From: an uncultured delta proteobacterium | GTDB taxonomy: Bacteria > Myxococcota_A > Polyangia > Palsa-1104 | Assembly: GCA_963785725.1 (NCBI GenBank) | Contig: CAWAWS010000007.1 | Span: 211,186 to 275,185, forward strand | DNA: 64,000 bases | Reading direction: 5' to 3' | In this document: in pieces, positions 53,663 to 64,000 of the stretch | Layout: each line of letters starts with the position of its first letter | Position numbering within the stretch: the first letter of the stretch is position 1 | Position numbers and translations under genes: made by a program | The notes under the pieces: generated by a model | Databases searched by the model: none | The model's input: only the letters and a program-made list of their open reading frames with translations | What the model was told of the DNA's origin: nothing

Positions 53663-53673
53663 CGGAGCGACAG

Positions 53674-53762
53674 CGGAGAGGGAGGGATTCGAACCCCCGG
53701 TACCCTTGCGGGTACACCTGATTTCGAATCAGGCGCAATCGACCGGACTCTGCCACCTCTCC
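53674..53762 (-). tRNA. tRNA-Ser (anticodon CGA)
   Basis: GGAGAGGTGGCAGAGTCCGGTCGATTGCGCCTGATTCGAAATCAGG...GGGTTCGAATCCCTCCCTCTCCG. Anticodon loop TTCGAAA. Confidence 0.92.
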
Positions 53763-53805
53763 AGGTGGTGCGAACGCAAAATACGGCGTCGAAACCGTAC
53801 GAAAA

Positions 53806-54276
53806 TCAACTCGATCGCTTGCGTAACTGGGCGAAGAAGTCGGTCAGCAGGGCGCCACATTCGGCTGCCAACGCGCTCTGCTCGACGACAACTTGGTGGT
53901 TCAAGCGGGGATCTTCCAAGAGGCGGTAGAGCGTTCGTACCGCGCCGGCCTTCGGGTTGTCACAGCCGAAGACGACCCTGTCGATGCGGGCGTTGACGAT
54001 CGCGCCCGCGCACATCGGACAGGGCTCTTGCGTCACATACAGCGTGGCGCCGACCAAGCGCCAACCGGCGACGGCTTTGGCCGCCTCGCGGATGGCGATG
54101 AGCTCCGCGTGTGCCGTCGGATCGGCGGCACTTTCACGGCGATTTCCGCCGCGACCCAAGACGACTCCGTCGACCACGATCACGGCGCCGACGGGCACTT
54201 CGCCCATCTCCGCCGCCGTCTTGGCCTCGGCGATCGCCAACTGCATGAGCTGCTCTTCTACAGGTACAAGCGTCAT
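53806..54276 (-). CDS. tadA: tRNA-specific adenosine deaminase
   Basis: CMP/dCMP deaminase zinc motifs HAELIAIREA and PCPMCAGAI. 156 aa. Confidence 0.92.
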   Translation of the reverse strand: MTLVPVEEQLMQLAIAEAKTAAEMGEVPVGAVIVVDGVVLGRGGNRRESAADPTAHAELIAIREAAKAVAGWRLVGATLYVTQEPCPMCAGAIVNARIDRVVFGCDNPKAGAVRTLYRLLEDPRLNHQVVVEQSALAAECGALLTDFFAQLRKRSS

Positions 54277-54289
54277 TTTCGAACTGCGG

Positions 54290-54363
54290 CGCAGCCAGAA
54301 GGATTCGAACCTCCGACCCTCGGTTCCGTAGACCGATGCTCTATCCAGCTGAGCTATGGCTGC
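54290..54363 (-). tRNA. tRNA-Arg (anticodon ACG)
   Basis: GCAGCCATAGCTCAGCTGGATAGAGCATCGGTCTACGGAACCGAGGGTCGGAGGTTCGAATCCTTCTGGCTGCG. Anticodon loop CTACGGA. Confidence 0.92.
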
Positions 54364-54390
54364 ATAATCTAATGCTTATTTTATTACCAG

Positions 54391-54477
54391 CGGAGAGGGA
54401 GGGATTCGAACCCTCGATACAGTTTCCCGTATGCCGCCTTAGCAAGGCGGTGCCTTCGGCCACTCGGCCACCTCTCC
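54391..54477 (-). tRNA. tRNA-Ser (anticodon GCU)
   Basis: GGAGAGGTGGCCGAGTGGCCGAAGGCACCGCCTTGCTAAGGCGG...GGGTTCGAATCCCTCCCTCTCCG. Anticodon loop TTGCTAA. Confidence 0.92.
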
Positions 54478-54517
54478 GATGAATGCTCGCGCATGTCGCT
54501 ATTCGATTGTCAGACCG

Positions 54518-54600
54518 CGGAGGGAGAGGGATTCGAACCCCCGGGACTTTCATCCAGCGGTTTTCAAGACCGCCGCCTTAAACCGCTCGGCCATCCCTCC
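54518..54600 (-). tRNA. tRNA-Ser (anticodon UGA)
   Basis: GGAGGGATGGCCGAGCGGTTTAAGGCGGCGGTCTTGAAAACCGC...GGGGGTTCGAATCCCTCTCCCTCCG. Anticodon loop CTTGAAA. Confidence 0.9.
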
Positions 54601-54722
54601 AGTAGCAAAACGGATGGACTCCATAACAAGAGCTTGGGCGGTTGTAAAGCGGATTCTGGCACCGCGCCAGCTAGGCATAACGTGGTATTCTGACGCGCGC
54701 CTTCCGGGTGCCCGAGACCTCC

Positions 54723-57700
54723 ATGAAGATCACCTGCGAGCGCTGCAGCGCTCAGTACGACCTCGACGAAAGCCGGATTCCCCCGTCGGGGATGATGATG
54801 AAGTGTCCGGCCTGCTTGCACTCTTTCGCCGTGCGACGGCAGAGCAGCTCGGGCATGCCCGCCGTGCCGCCGGCGCCGGTCGTGCAAAATCCGCCGCCGC
54901 GCCGCCGCGAGATCGAGGTCTCGACGTTCGGCGAGGATGAAGGGCCGACGGTCCTGCCGCCGCCGACGCCGGGCATGATCGCGCTCGACGATCCGGATGC
55001 GATCGATCTACCCGCACCCAAAGAAGATTTCATCGATCTGCCGGCGCCCAAAGAGCGCTCGCGCAAGCCGTCGATCCCGCCGCCGCGGCAACGGACGTCG
55101 TCGATCCCGCCGCCGTCGCGCCCGAAAGTGCCGACGCCGGCGCCGTTCGAGAACGATCACACCTACGACGAGACGGCGTTTCCGTCGGGGCCGCTGCCGG
55201 GTTTGGGGCCGGACGAGATCGATCTGCCGGCGCCCGTCGATCCAGGTCGGCGGCAGGACATCGTCGATCTGCCGGCGCCGAAGTCGGGCACGTCGCGGCC
55301 GCTGTCGTTGGCGGACGAGAACATCGATCTGGCCGAGCTGCCGGCGCCGAAAGAGCGCGGCCATCAGGTGGGCATCTCGCTCGACGCGCCCGATCCCGAA
55401 GATTTGGAGCTGCACGACTCGTTGAGCTTGGGCGCGCCGGAGCTGGAGCTGGACGCGATCGACGTCGTGGCGCCGCGCGACGATCGCCCCGAGCTGCCGG
55501 CGCCGAAGCACGAAGTGCTCGATGTGGCGCCGCGCCAAGAGACGCTCGATGTCGCGCCGCGCTTGGAGACGCAGGACGTGGCGCCGCGCAAGGACGCCTT
55601 CGAGGTGGCGCCGCGGCCGGCGAAGGCGCCCGAGCCGGCCGCCGAACGACCGCGACAGTCGCAGCCGCGCCTGACCAAAGCGCAGGCGGCCAAGGTCAAA
55701 GCCGCCGAATCCACCGACGATGAGCCGCGTCGTCGCTGGCCGCGGGTCGTGGCGGCGCTCGGCGGCGTCGTGCTCTTGCTCGGCGGCGTCGGCGTCGCGC
55801 TCGGCGTGTTCACCGGGTTCGGGCAGAAGCTCTTGCGCGGCGGCTCGTCGGCACGGCAGGAGCAGCAGCTCAACGTCGCGCGCAATCAGATGACCGACGA
55901 CACCTTGGGCGCCTATCGCAAGGCGGCGGCGGCGATGAAGTCGCTGCTCGAGGTCGACCCGACGGCGTTCGAAGCGGGCGCGCTGGCGGCGCAAGCGGAG
56001 TTGGGCGCGGCCCATCTCGGCGTCGCGGCCGAGCTGCGTAACGCCGACGCGCAGCTGGCCAAGCTCACCGACGAAAAAGCGGCGCAGCTGCCGGATGTGT
56101 TGAAGGCGCGCGCGCTGCGCTCGTCGGTGGCGGGCGCGTATCCCGACGCGCGCAACAAGCTCGGCGCGGTGTTGGCCAAGGCGCCGGCGGACTCGGCGGC
56201 GCTGGTCTATTTGGGCTGGACCGAGCTGGCCGCGGGCGATCCGGCGGCGGCCGACAAGGCGTTCGCGAAGGCGCTCGCCGCCGAGGCGTCGCGGGCGCAG
56301 GCGTTGTACGGCGACGCCGTGGCCAAAGAGCGGCTGGGCGACGTCAAAGGCGCGGGCGAGCTGTATCAGCGCGCGCAGGCACGGTCGCCGCTGCACCTGG
56401 GCGCGGCGGTCGGCTTGGCGCGCACGACGAAGCCGCCGGCGGAAGCGCAAGCGGCCGTCGAGGAGCTGATCAAGGCGCGCACGGCGACGGCGGCGCCGCG
56501 CGAATTGGCGGACGCGTGGGCGACGGTCGGCGTGCTGGCCGAGAAGGCCGGGCGTCATGACGAAGCCGAAGATCGGCTGAAGCGCGCGCTGGCGCTCGAC
56601 GCCGATCATGCGATCGCGCGCGTGGCCTTGGCCAACGTGCAGTGCGAGCTCAAGCGTTGCGCCGATGCCGTGGCGCCGATGGAGAAATTGGTGGCCGCGC
56701 AGCCGAAGAACGTCGAAGCGAAGCTGGCGTTGGCGCAGGCGCAGCTCGGCACCGGCGCCATCGCCGACGCGGCGGCGACGTTGGGCGCGGCGGCGACGCT
56801 GGCGCCGAAGTCGGCCGACGTGCTCTTCGGGCAGGCGCGCTTGGCGTTGGCGCAGCCGAAGATCGATCGTGAAGGTGCGCTGGCGAAGCTGAAGGACGCG
56901 ATCGCCGCCGATCCCAAGCTGATTCCGGCGTACATCACGGAGTCGACGACGCTGGGCGCGCTCGGTCGCGACGACGACGCCGTCGCCGCGCTGCAAGCGG
57001 CCGAGAAGCAGGCCGCCGACAGCGCCGAGCTGATGACGCAGCTCGGGGACGCCTATTTGACGCTGGGCAAGCCGGTGGAGGCGGAGATGCGTTATCGCGC
57101 GGCGCTGTCGAAGCAGCCGGACGCGCGACCGGCGCGCATGGCGTTGGGCGCGGCGCTCGAGGCCGAGAACAAGCTCGACGACGCGCGCGCCGAATACGAG
57201 CATGTGGCCCAGGATGACGCGCAATATCCGGGCGTGACCGAGCGGCTGGCGCGTTTGGCCGCCAAACAGGGGCACAAGACGGAAGCGGCGCAGCTTTACG
57301 ACAACGCGCTCAAAGAGGGCGTGCCGACGGCGGCGCTGCGTTTGGCGGCGGCGCAGCTGTTCTTGGATCCGGCGATCAATCGTCGCGACGACGCGCTGAA
57401 GCTGGCCGAGTCGGTGACGGCCGAGGACGATCGCTCGGCGCCGGCGCACCTCGTCGTGGCGCGGGCGCAGCTCGAGGCCGGTCGGCCCGATGACGCCTTG
57501 CCCGAGGCGCGGCGCGCGGCGACGCTGGCCGACCTGCCCGAGGCGCACTTCATTTTGGGCAAGGTGTTGGAGTCGATGTCCAAGCTCGATCAGGCGATCA
57601 ACGAGTACGGCTTGGCGCGGCGACCGCCCGTGGAAGCCGAGGCGTCGCTCGGTCGCGCGCGCATCTTGGTGCGCATGGGCGCGACGAAGGATGCCTTGAC

Positions 57701-58109
57701 CGAGCTCACGGCGTTGGCCAAGGATCCCAAGCTGCGCGCGCCGGCGCTGCTCTTGAGCGGCGATTGTTATGCCGATTTGCAGCAAGCCGATCGCGCGCGT
57801 CACGCGTACGAAGACGCCGTGCGCGCGGCGCCGAACTCGGGTGACGCGGCGTTCAAGCTGGGCCGCGCGTTCCACGACGCCGGCCGCCGCCACGACGCCA
57901 TCATGCAGCTCGAGCGCGCCGTGAAGCTCGACGGCGACAAGGCGAGCTGGGCCGCCGAAGCCGACCTCTTGCTCGGCGACGCCCATCGCGAAGGTCACGA
58001 GAACGACGCGGCCGTGCGCGCCTACAAGCGCTACCTCGAGATCGCGCCGGCGAGCGCGCCCGAGCGGGTCGAAGTGCAGAAGCACATCGCAGTGCTCGGA
58101 GGTAATTAG
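54723..58109 (+). CDS. MJ0042-type zinc-ribbon + Pro-rich repeat region + TM + long TPR-repeat protein
   Basis: MKITCERCSAQYDLDESRIPPSGMMMKCPACLHSF (zinc ribbon). Six (I/V)DLPAPK-type and four LDVAPR-type short repeats. TM segment VVAALGGVVLLLGGVGVALGVF. About 700 aa of Ala-rich TPR-like helices. Confidence 0.8.
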   Translation: MKITCERCSAQYDLDESRIPPSGMMMKCPACLHSFAVRRQSSSGMPAVPPAPVVQNPPPRRREIEVSTFGEDEGPTVLPPPTPGMIALDDPDAIDLPAPKEDFIDLPAPKERSRKPSIPPPRQRTSSIPPPSRPKVPTPAPFENDHTYDETAFPSGPLPGLGPDEIDLPAPVDPGRRQDIVDLPAPKSGTSRPLSLADENIDLAELPAPKERGHQVGISLDAPDPEDLELHDSLSLGAPELELDAIDVVAPRDDRPELPAPKHEVLDVAPRQETLDVAPRLETQDVAPRKDAFEVAPRPAKAPEPAAERPRQSQPRLTKAQAAKVKAAESTDDEPRRRWPRVVAALGGVVLLLGGVGVALGVFTGFGQKLLRGGSSARQEQQLNVARNQMTDDTLGAYRKAAAAMKSLLEVDPTAFEAGALAAQAELGAAHLGVAAELRNADAQLAKLTDEKAAQLPDVLKARALRSSVAGAYPDARNKLGAVLAKAPADSAALVYLGWTELAAGDPAAADKAFAKALAAEASRAQALYGDAVAKERLGDVKGAGELYQRAQARSPLHLGAAVGLARTTKPPAEAQAAVEELIKARTATAAPRELADAWATVGVLAEKAGRHDEAEDRLKRALALDADHAIARVALANVQCELKRCADAVAPMEKLVAAQPKNVEAKLALAQAQLGTGAIADAAATLGAAATLAPKSADVLFGQARLALAQPKIDREGALAKLKDAIAADPKLIPAYITESTTLGALGRDDDAVAALQAAEKQAADSAELMTQLGDAYLTLGKPVEAEMRYRAALSKQPDARPARMALGAALEAENKLDDARAEYEHVAQDDAQYPGVTERLARLAAKQGHKTEAAQLYDNALKEGVPTAALRLAAAQLFLDPAINRRDDALKLAESVTAEDDRSAPAHLVVARAQLEAGRPDDALPEARRAATLADLPEAHFILGKVLESMSKLDQAINEYGLARRPPVEAEASLGRARILVRMGATKDALTELTALAKDPKLRAPALLLSGDCYADLQQADRARHAYEDAVRAAPNSGDAAFKLGRAFHDAGRRHDAIMQLERAVKLDGDKASWAAEADLLLGDAHREGHENDAAVRAYKRYLEIAPASAPERVEVQKHIAVLGGN

Positions 58110-58112
58110 TCG

Positions 58113-59840
58113 ATGGATCTGCCAATCGATCTGGCGGCGACGCTGCGCAAGGTGAAGCGGGCGGCGCGCATGGCGCGTTCGGGCGCGCGCATCTTCCGCA
58201 ACGCCGGGCTCGACGAGACGCTGACGCTCAATACGCTCTGGGCCGTCGGCAAAGTGGCGCGCGAAGCCAGCGACGGCGTGCGCGGCATGACGATGGTGGC
58301 GCGGCTGCACGCGTTCGCCGATCCGCTGCGACCGGCGCTGGTGTGCGGCGACGAGCGGCTGAATTTCGGCGAGCTCAACGAGCGCATCAACCAGCTGACC
58401 CACGGGCTGCACGCGCTCGGCATCGGGCCCGGCGAGCGCATCGCGGCGTTCATGCACAACGGCAACGAATACGTCGAGCTGAACGCGGCCTTGCAAGCGG
58501 TCGGCGGGCAGAACGTGCAGATCAGCTATCGGCTGAAAGCGGGCGAAGTCGCCTATATCCTCGAGAATTCGCGGGCGCGCGCCATGCTGTTTCACGGCGA
58601 TCTGGTCGCTATCGTCGAGGAGGCGCTGGCGATCTGCGCGGCCAAAGGGCTGCCGATCGTGCGCGAGCGCTGTATCGCCGTCGACGGTGCGCCCGGCTTT
58701 CGCAGCTTCGACGAGCTGCTCGCGGCCGGCGATCCGACGACGCCGGCGCGCGTCGACGGCGGCGGCTACGGCGGCATCATGATCTACACGTCGGGCACGA
58801 CCGGCCGCGCCAAAGGCGCCTCGCGCGACTTCAAGACGATGGGCCTCGAGCCGGTGCTCGACTTCATCTCGCGCTTTCCGCTGCGGCGCGACGAGCGCCA
58901 TCTGGTCGTCTGTCCGCTCTATCATTCGATGGCGCCGGCGTTCGTCATCATGACGGTCATCGTCGGTGGCTGTTGCGTCATCTTGCGTGGGTTCGAGCCG
59001 CATGAAGTCCTGCGCACGATCGAAAAAGAGCGCATCACGTCGATGTTGGTGGTGCCGACGATGTTGTCGCGCTTGATGGCGCTGTCGCCGGCCGAGCTGC
59101 GCGCGCACGATACGTCGTCGCTGCGCTGGATCATGTCGGGCGCGGCGCCGCTGCCGACCGAGCTGGCGCGGCGCGTGGAGGACACGTTCGGCCCCGTGCT
59201 CTACAACTTCTACGGCTCGACGGAGACGGCGCTGGTGTCGCTGGCGCTGCCGGGCGAGCACACGGCGCGGCCGGGCACCGTCGGCCGGCTCATCGGCGGC
59301 AACGAGCTGCGCATCCTCGACGGCGAAGGCCGTGAAGTCGGCGACGGCGAAGTGGGCGAGATCTACGTGCGCAACGACATGCTGATGGACGGCTATTACG
59401 GCAACAAAGAGGCCACCGATCAGGCGATGCGCGAGGGCTTCTTGAGCGTCGGCGACCTCGGTTATCGCGACAAAGATGGCTACATTTACTTGGCCGACCG
59501 TAAAACGGACATGGTCATTTCCGGTGGCGTGAACATCTATCCGTGGGAGATCGAGCAGCGGCTGCACGAGCATCCGGCGGTGCACGAGGCGGCGGTCGTG
59601 GGCGTGCCCGACGTCGAATGGGGCGAGTCGCTGGCGGCGTTCGTCGTCTTGCGCGCCGGACAGTCGGCGACGGGCGACGAGCTGTCGCAGTGGGTGCGCG
59701 AGGCGCTGGCCGACTACAAGCGGCCGCGGCGTTATGCGTTCGTCGACAGCTTGCCGCGCAATCCGACGGGGAAGATCTTGAAGCGCGAGCTCAAGGCCAG
59801 CCTGGCGCAGCAGAACGAAGACAGCGCGGTATCGGCGTGA
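58113..59840 (+). CDS. AMP-dependent acyl-CoA synthetase/ligase (FadD-like)
   Basis: AMP-binding motifs IMIYTSGTTGRAKGA, YGSTE, GDLGYRDKDGYIYLADRKTDMVISGG, PRNPTGKILKREL. Confidence 0.88.
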   Translation: MDLPIDLAATLRKVKRAARMARSGARIFRNAGLDETLTLNTLWAVGKVAREASDGVRGMTMVARLHAFADPLRPALVCGDERLNFGELNERINQLTHGLHALGIGPGERIAAFMHNGNEYVELNAALQAVGGQNVQISYRLKAGEVAYILENSRARAMLFHGDLVAIVEEALAICAAKGLPIVRERCIAVDGAPGFRSFDELLAAGDPTTPARVDGGGYGGIMIYTSGTTGRAKGASRDFKTMGLEPVLDFISRFPLRRDERHLVVCPLYHSMAPAFVIMTVIVGGCCVILRGFEPHEVLRTIEKERITSMLVVPTMLSRLMALSPAELRAHDTSSLRWIMSGAAPLPTELARRVEDTFGPVLYNFYGSTETALVSLALPGEHTARPGTVGRLIGGNELRILDGEGREVGDGEVGEIYVRNDMLMDGYYGNKEATDQAMREGFLSVGDLGYRDKDGYIYLADRKTDMVISGGVNIYPWEIEQRLHEHPAVHEAAVVGVPDVEWGESLAAFVVLRAGQSATGDELSQWVREALADYKRPRRYAFVDSLPRNPTGKILKRELKASLAQQNEDSAVSA

Positions 59841-61501
59841 AGCGCGCGCTATTGGCGCTGTTGGCGCTGGCGACGACGGCGGCGAGCGCGCACGCCGAGC
59901 CGTTCGACAAGCTGCCCGAAGGCGCGCTGGCCTATGCCGCGGCGCGGCCGATCGTCGTCATCAACACGCTGCAGCGGCTGGGGATCGATCAGCTGCCGGC
60001 GGTGCAGCGGCTGAAGAAGCAGCTGGGCGGCATCGATCCGTTCAACCCGATCATCCTGGCGGCGCCGGGCATCGACATCAACGCGCCGCTGGTGGCGTCG
60101 CTGTTCGAGAACGTGCCCGGCTTCGGGATGCACTCGCGGATCGTGGCGCAGCTGCGTGACAAGGCGACGTTCAACACGTTCATCATGGGCGTCATCGCCA
60201 GCGGGCAGCTGCCGTTGACGGCGGCGCCGGGCATCAAGGACGCGGTCGGCATGGCGACTTTGTCGCCGAACTCGGTGTGCGTCTTGCGCATCATCGGCAA
60301 CGAGGCGCTGCTCGACGAAGTCGAAGTCGAGAACAAGAAGGCGCCGGCGGCGGCCGAGATCGCGCGTCGTTTCCCGGCGACGCCGGCGCGCAAGGTCGTC
60401 GTGACGCGCGGCGCGCGCAAGCTGTTGTCGGCCGACGCGGCGGCGGCGATCTATGTCGACGCGCGCAAGCTCGATCCGATGTTCACGCACATCGCCGCCG
60501 ACGACCTGCGCGTCGCCTTGGCGGCGGCGACGACGACCGCCGAGCGCGCGGAGGTCGCGACCCGGCATCGCGCGCGCGACAAAGCGTGCGCGGCCTGGCG
60601 CCACGCGCCGACGATGTTCGACGACGTGGCGCTGGCGCTCGACGCCAAGCCCGACGCGCTGACGCTGACCTGGGCGTGGGGCACGCAAGGCGGCGCGCCG
60701 CTCGGCGGGCTCAAGCTCACCGCGGTCGACGACGGGATCCTCGACGGTCAAGCCTTGGCGCAGTCGGGCGCGGGCATGTTGGCGCTCTACGCGGCCAGCC
60801 TGGCGCCGTTCAACGCGCTCAAGCACACCGGTGTCTTCGCGACGTCCGATTCGCTGACGCAAGCCGCCGACGGCTGCGAGACCGATTCCGGCGTGCTGTT
60901 GATGCTGCGCTCGTGGCCGTTGGCGCTGGGGACGTTGGCGAGCACCACGCCGCCACCCGGCTCACCGCTGACGATGCTCAAGCAGAGCCTGGCGACGCTG
61001 CGCAATGTCGTCATCGGCCTGCGCGACTTCAGCGCCAGCGGTCCGCGGCTGGCGGCCGCGGCCAGCTTCGATGCCAGCGCGCGCGGCTCGTTCGAGCTGA
61101 TGTTGGCGGCCTTCGGCGGCGGCTCGGGCGTCGCCGGTCCCGTCGGCAAGCGCGCGCCCACGATCTACTCGCTGAAGATGCCGGATTCTTCGCGTCCGGC
61201 GTTCGCCGTCGGGCTCGAGAATGTCGCCGGCGGACGGTTCGGGCTCGCCGTCGCCGATTCCGATGAGTCGCTCAAATGGGCCTATAAAGCCGGTGACAGC
61301 GCGGCCAAGACGGAGCATCCGCCGCTGGCTCGGCTGAGCGCCGACGCGTCGCTGTTGAGCCGGCTCGGCCCCATCTTCAATGCGTCTTCGGGGGAGCAGG
61401 CGATGCTCGACCTGCTGGCGCGCTTGCGTCGCGTCGACGGCGCGCTGACGGCGGAAGGCGATCTCCTCAGCCTGACGCTGCACGCGCCCTTGAAACCCTA
61501 G
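59837..61501 (+). CDS. secreted hypothetical protein
   Basis: The GTG start overlaps the upstream stop (GTGA). Signal peptide VKRALLALLALATTAASAHA. No family recognised. Confidence 0.55.
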   Translation: MKRALLALLALATTAASAHAEPFDKLPEGALAYAAARPIVVINTLQRLGIDQLPAVQRLKKQLGGIDPFNPIILAAPGIDINAPLVASLFENVPGFGMHSRIVAQLRDKATFNTFIMGVIASGQLPLTAAPGIKDAVGMATLSPNSVCVLRIIGNEALLDEVEVENKKAPAAAEIARRFPATPARKVVVTRGARKLLSADAAAAIYVDARKLDPMFTHIAADDLRVALAAATTTAERAEVATRHRARDKACAAWRHAPTMFDDVALALDAKPDALTLTWAWGTQGGAPLGGLKLTAVDDGILDGQALAQSGAGMLALYAASLAPFNALKHTGVFATSDSLTQAADGCETDSGVLLMLRSWPLALGTLASTTPPPGSPLTMLKQSLATLRNVVIGLRDFSASGPRLAAAASFDASARGSFELMLAAFGGGSGVAGPVGKRAPTIYSLKMPDSSRPAFAVGLENVAGGRFGLAVADSDESLKWAYKAGDSAAKTEHPPLARLSADASLLSRLGPIFNASSGEQAMLDLLARLRRVDGALTAEGDLLSLTLHAPLKP

Positions 61502-61507
61502 TCGCGC

Positions 61508-63450
<1,943 letters not shown>

Positions 63451-63463
<13 letters not shown>

Positions 63464-64000
63464 TGGATGGCGCCGCCGGCGAACATCGCGTCGCGGAAGC
63501 CGATCTCGGCCGTCACGGCGAGATGCGCGACGGGATAGAAGCGGAAGCCGACGAGCAAGTTGACGACGCCCATCACCGGCGGCTTGCTGCCCGACGCGTG
63601 GAACGACGGCGTCTGGGTCGTGTCGTCGCCGCCGCGCGTGGCGTTGAGGCGGCCTTGCAGCGTCGGGTCGCTCTTGTTGATGGGGCCGACGTTGAGCGGA
63701 TAGCACTGCGACGGATCTCTGGCGTGCGCCGCGCAGCCGGGCGAGTTGTCGTTGATGACGCTGACCGTGCCGGGAACCCAGCCGATGCCGAGACCGCCGC
63801 CGTAACGCAGCTCGAACCAGTCGGTGAACTTGTGGTAGCCGATGAATGCGACGTCGGCGGACAAGAGGCCGAGGCCGCGGAACTGGACGTAGTGCGTATC
63901 GAGCGTCGGATCGTGACCGGCGCCGAGGTAGTTGCCCGAGCCGACGTTGAAGACGCTGTAGTCGATCGAGGTGACGACGTCGTAGCCATTGTGGCGGTAG
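63451..64000 (-). CDS. outer-membrane beta-barrel-like protein, C-terminal part (5' end outside the window)
   Basis: The frame is open to the window edge (YRHNGYDVVTSIDYSVFNVGSGNYLGAGHDPTLDTHYVQFRGLGLLSADVAF...). It shows an alternating hydrophobic pattern and a C-terminal ...GGAIHYLF ending in Phe. It overlaps the selB 3' end by 13 bp (convergent). Confidence 0.6.

Noticed and set aside
54518-54600. The tRNA with a TGA-containing anticodon loop considered as tRNA-Sec (selC).
   Set aside because: The anticodon is UGA (reads UCA Ser), not UCA. The acceptor/T-arm geometry is the normal 7/5, with the same GGAG..CTCC acceptor type as the other Ser tRNAs.
54990-55650. Recurring gatctgccggcgcc-type DNA repeats considered as a CRISPR-like or tandem-repeat array.
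   Set aside because: The repeats are in frame inside a long ORF and encode the DLPAPK / LDVAPR peptide motifs. Spacing is irregular and the unit is short, so this is a coding repeat and not a CRISPR array.
55008-59585. 1525-aa ORF on the minus strand, the longest ORF in the track.
   Set aside because: It is extremely Arg/Ala/Gly/Gln-rich with no recognisable motifs. It runs antisense across two well-supported + strand genes (the zinc-ribbon/TPR protein and the acyl-CoA synthetase). This is a typical stop-codon-poor antisense frame of very GC-rich DNA.

Overview
This is a very GC-rich chromosomal segment; third codon positions are almost always G/C. It looks myxobacterial: an mglB-mglA motility GTPase pair, YARHG and PEGA domain proteins, many Cys-rich lipoproteins, a sigma-54 enhancer-binding protein and a Hanks-type kinase. 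I support about 55 protein genes. They are tightly packed and often translationally coupled through ATGA/GTGA/TAATG overlaps. I also support 5 tRNAs and an SRP RNA. Housekeeping blocks are: hisG (3' end); lipB-lpdA; a branched-chain/2-oxoacid dehydrogenase operon (E1alpha-E1beta-E2 plus a second E1alpha); rng-pilZ-J-domain; thiD; an RND efflux operon (permease-adaptor-TolC); gcdH; a lytic transglycosylase; mglBA; and the widely conserved tadA-ffs-dnaX-ybaB-recR block, embedded here in a tRNA-Ser/Arg cluster; selB. No CRISPR array, transposase, integrase or recognisable defence system was seen. The items most worth a second look are: (1) two inverted 284-bp copies (about 97% identical) of an internally structured repeat that bracket a peroxiredoxin gene; (2) a perfect sigma-54 promoter followed about 165 nt later by a hairpin and T-run in a lower-GC intergenic region, which is a candidate sigma-54-dependent small RNA or leader; (3) three conserved genes (rng, a tandem cNMP-binding protein, dnaX), each split by what looks like a single inserted base; (4) a complete tRNA-Ser isoacceptor set, with tadA directly downstream of its substrate tRNA-Arg(ACG); (5) a PspA-head/J-domain fusion coupled to a PilZ protein and RNase G. 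All family calls come from motif recognition by eye. No database search was possible.
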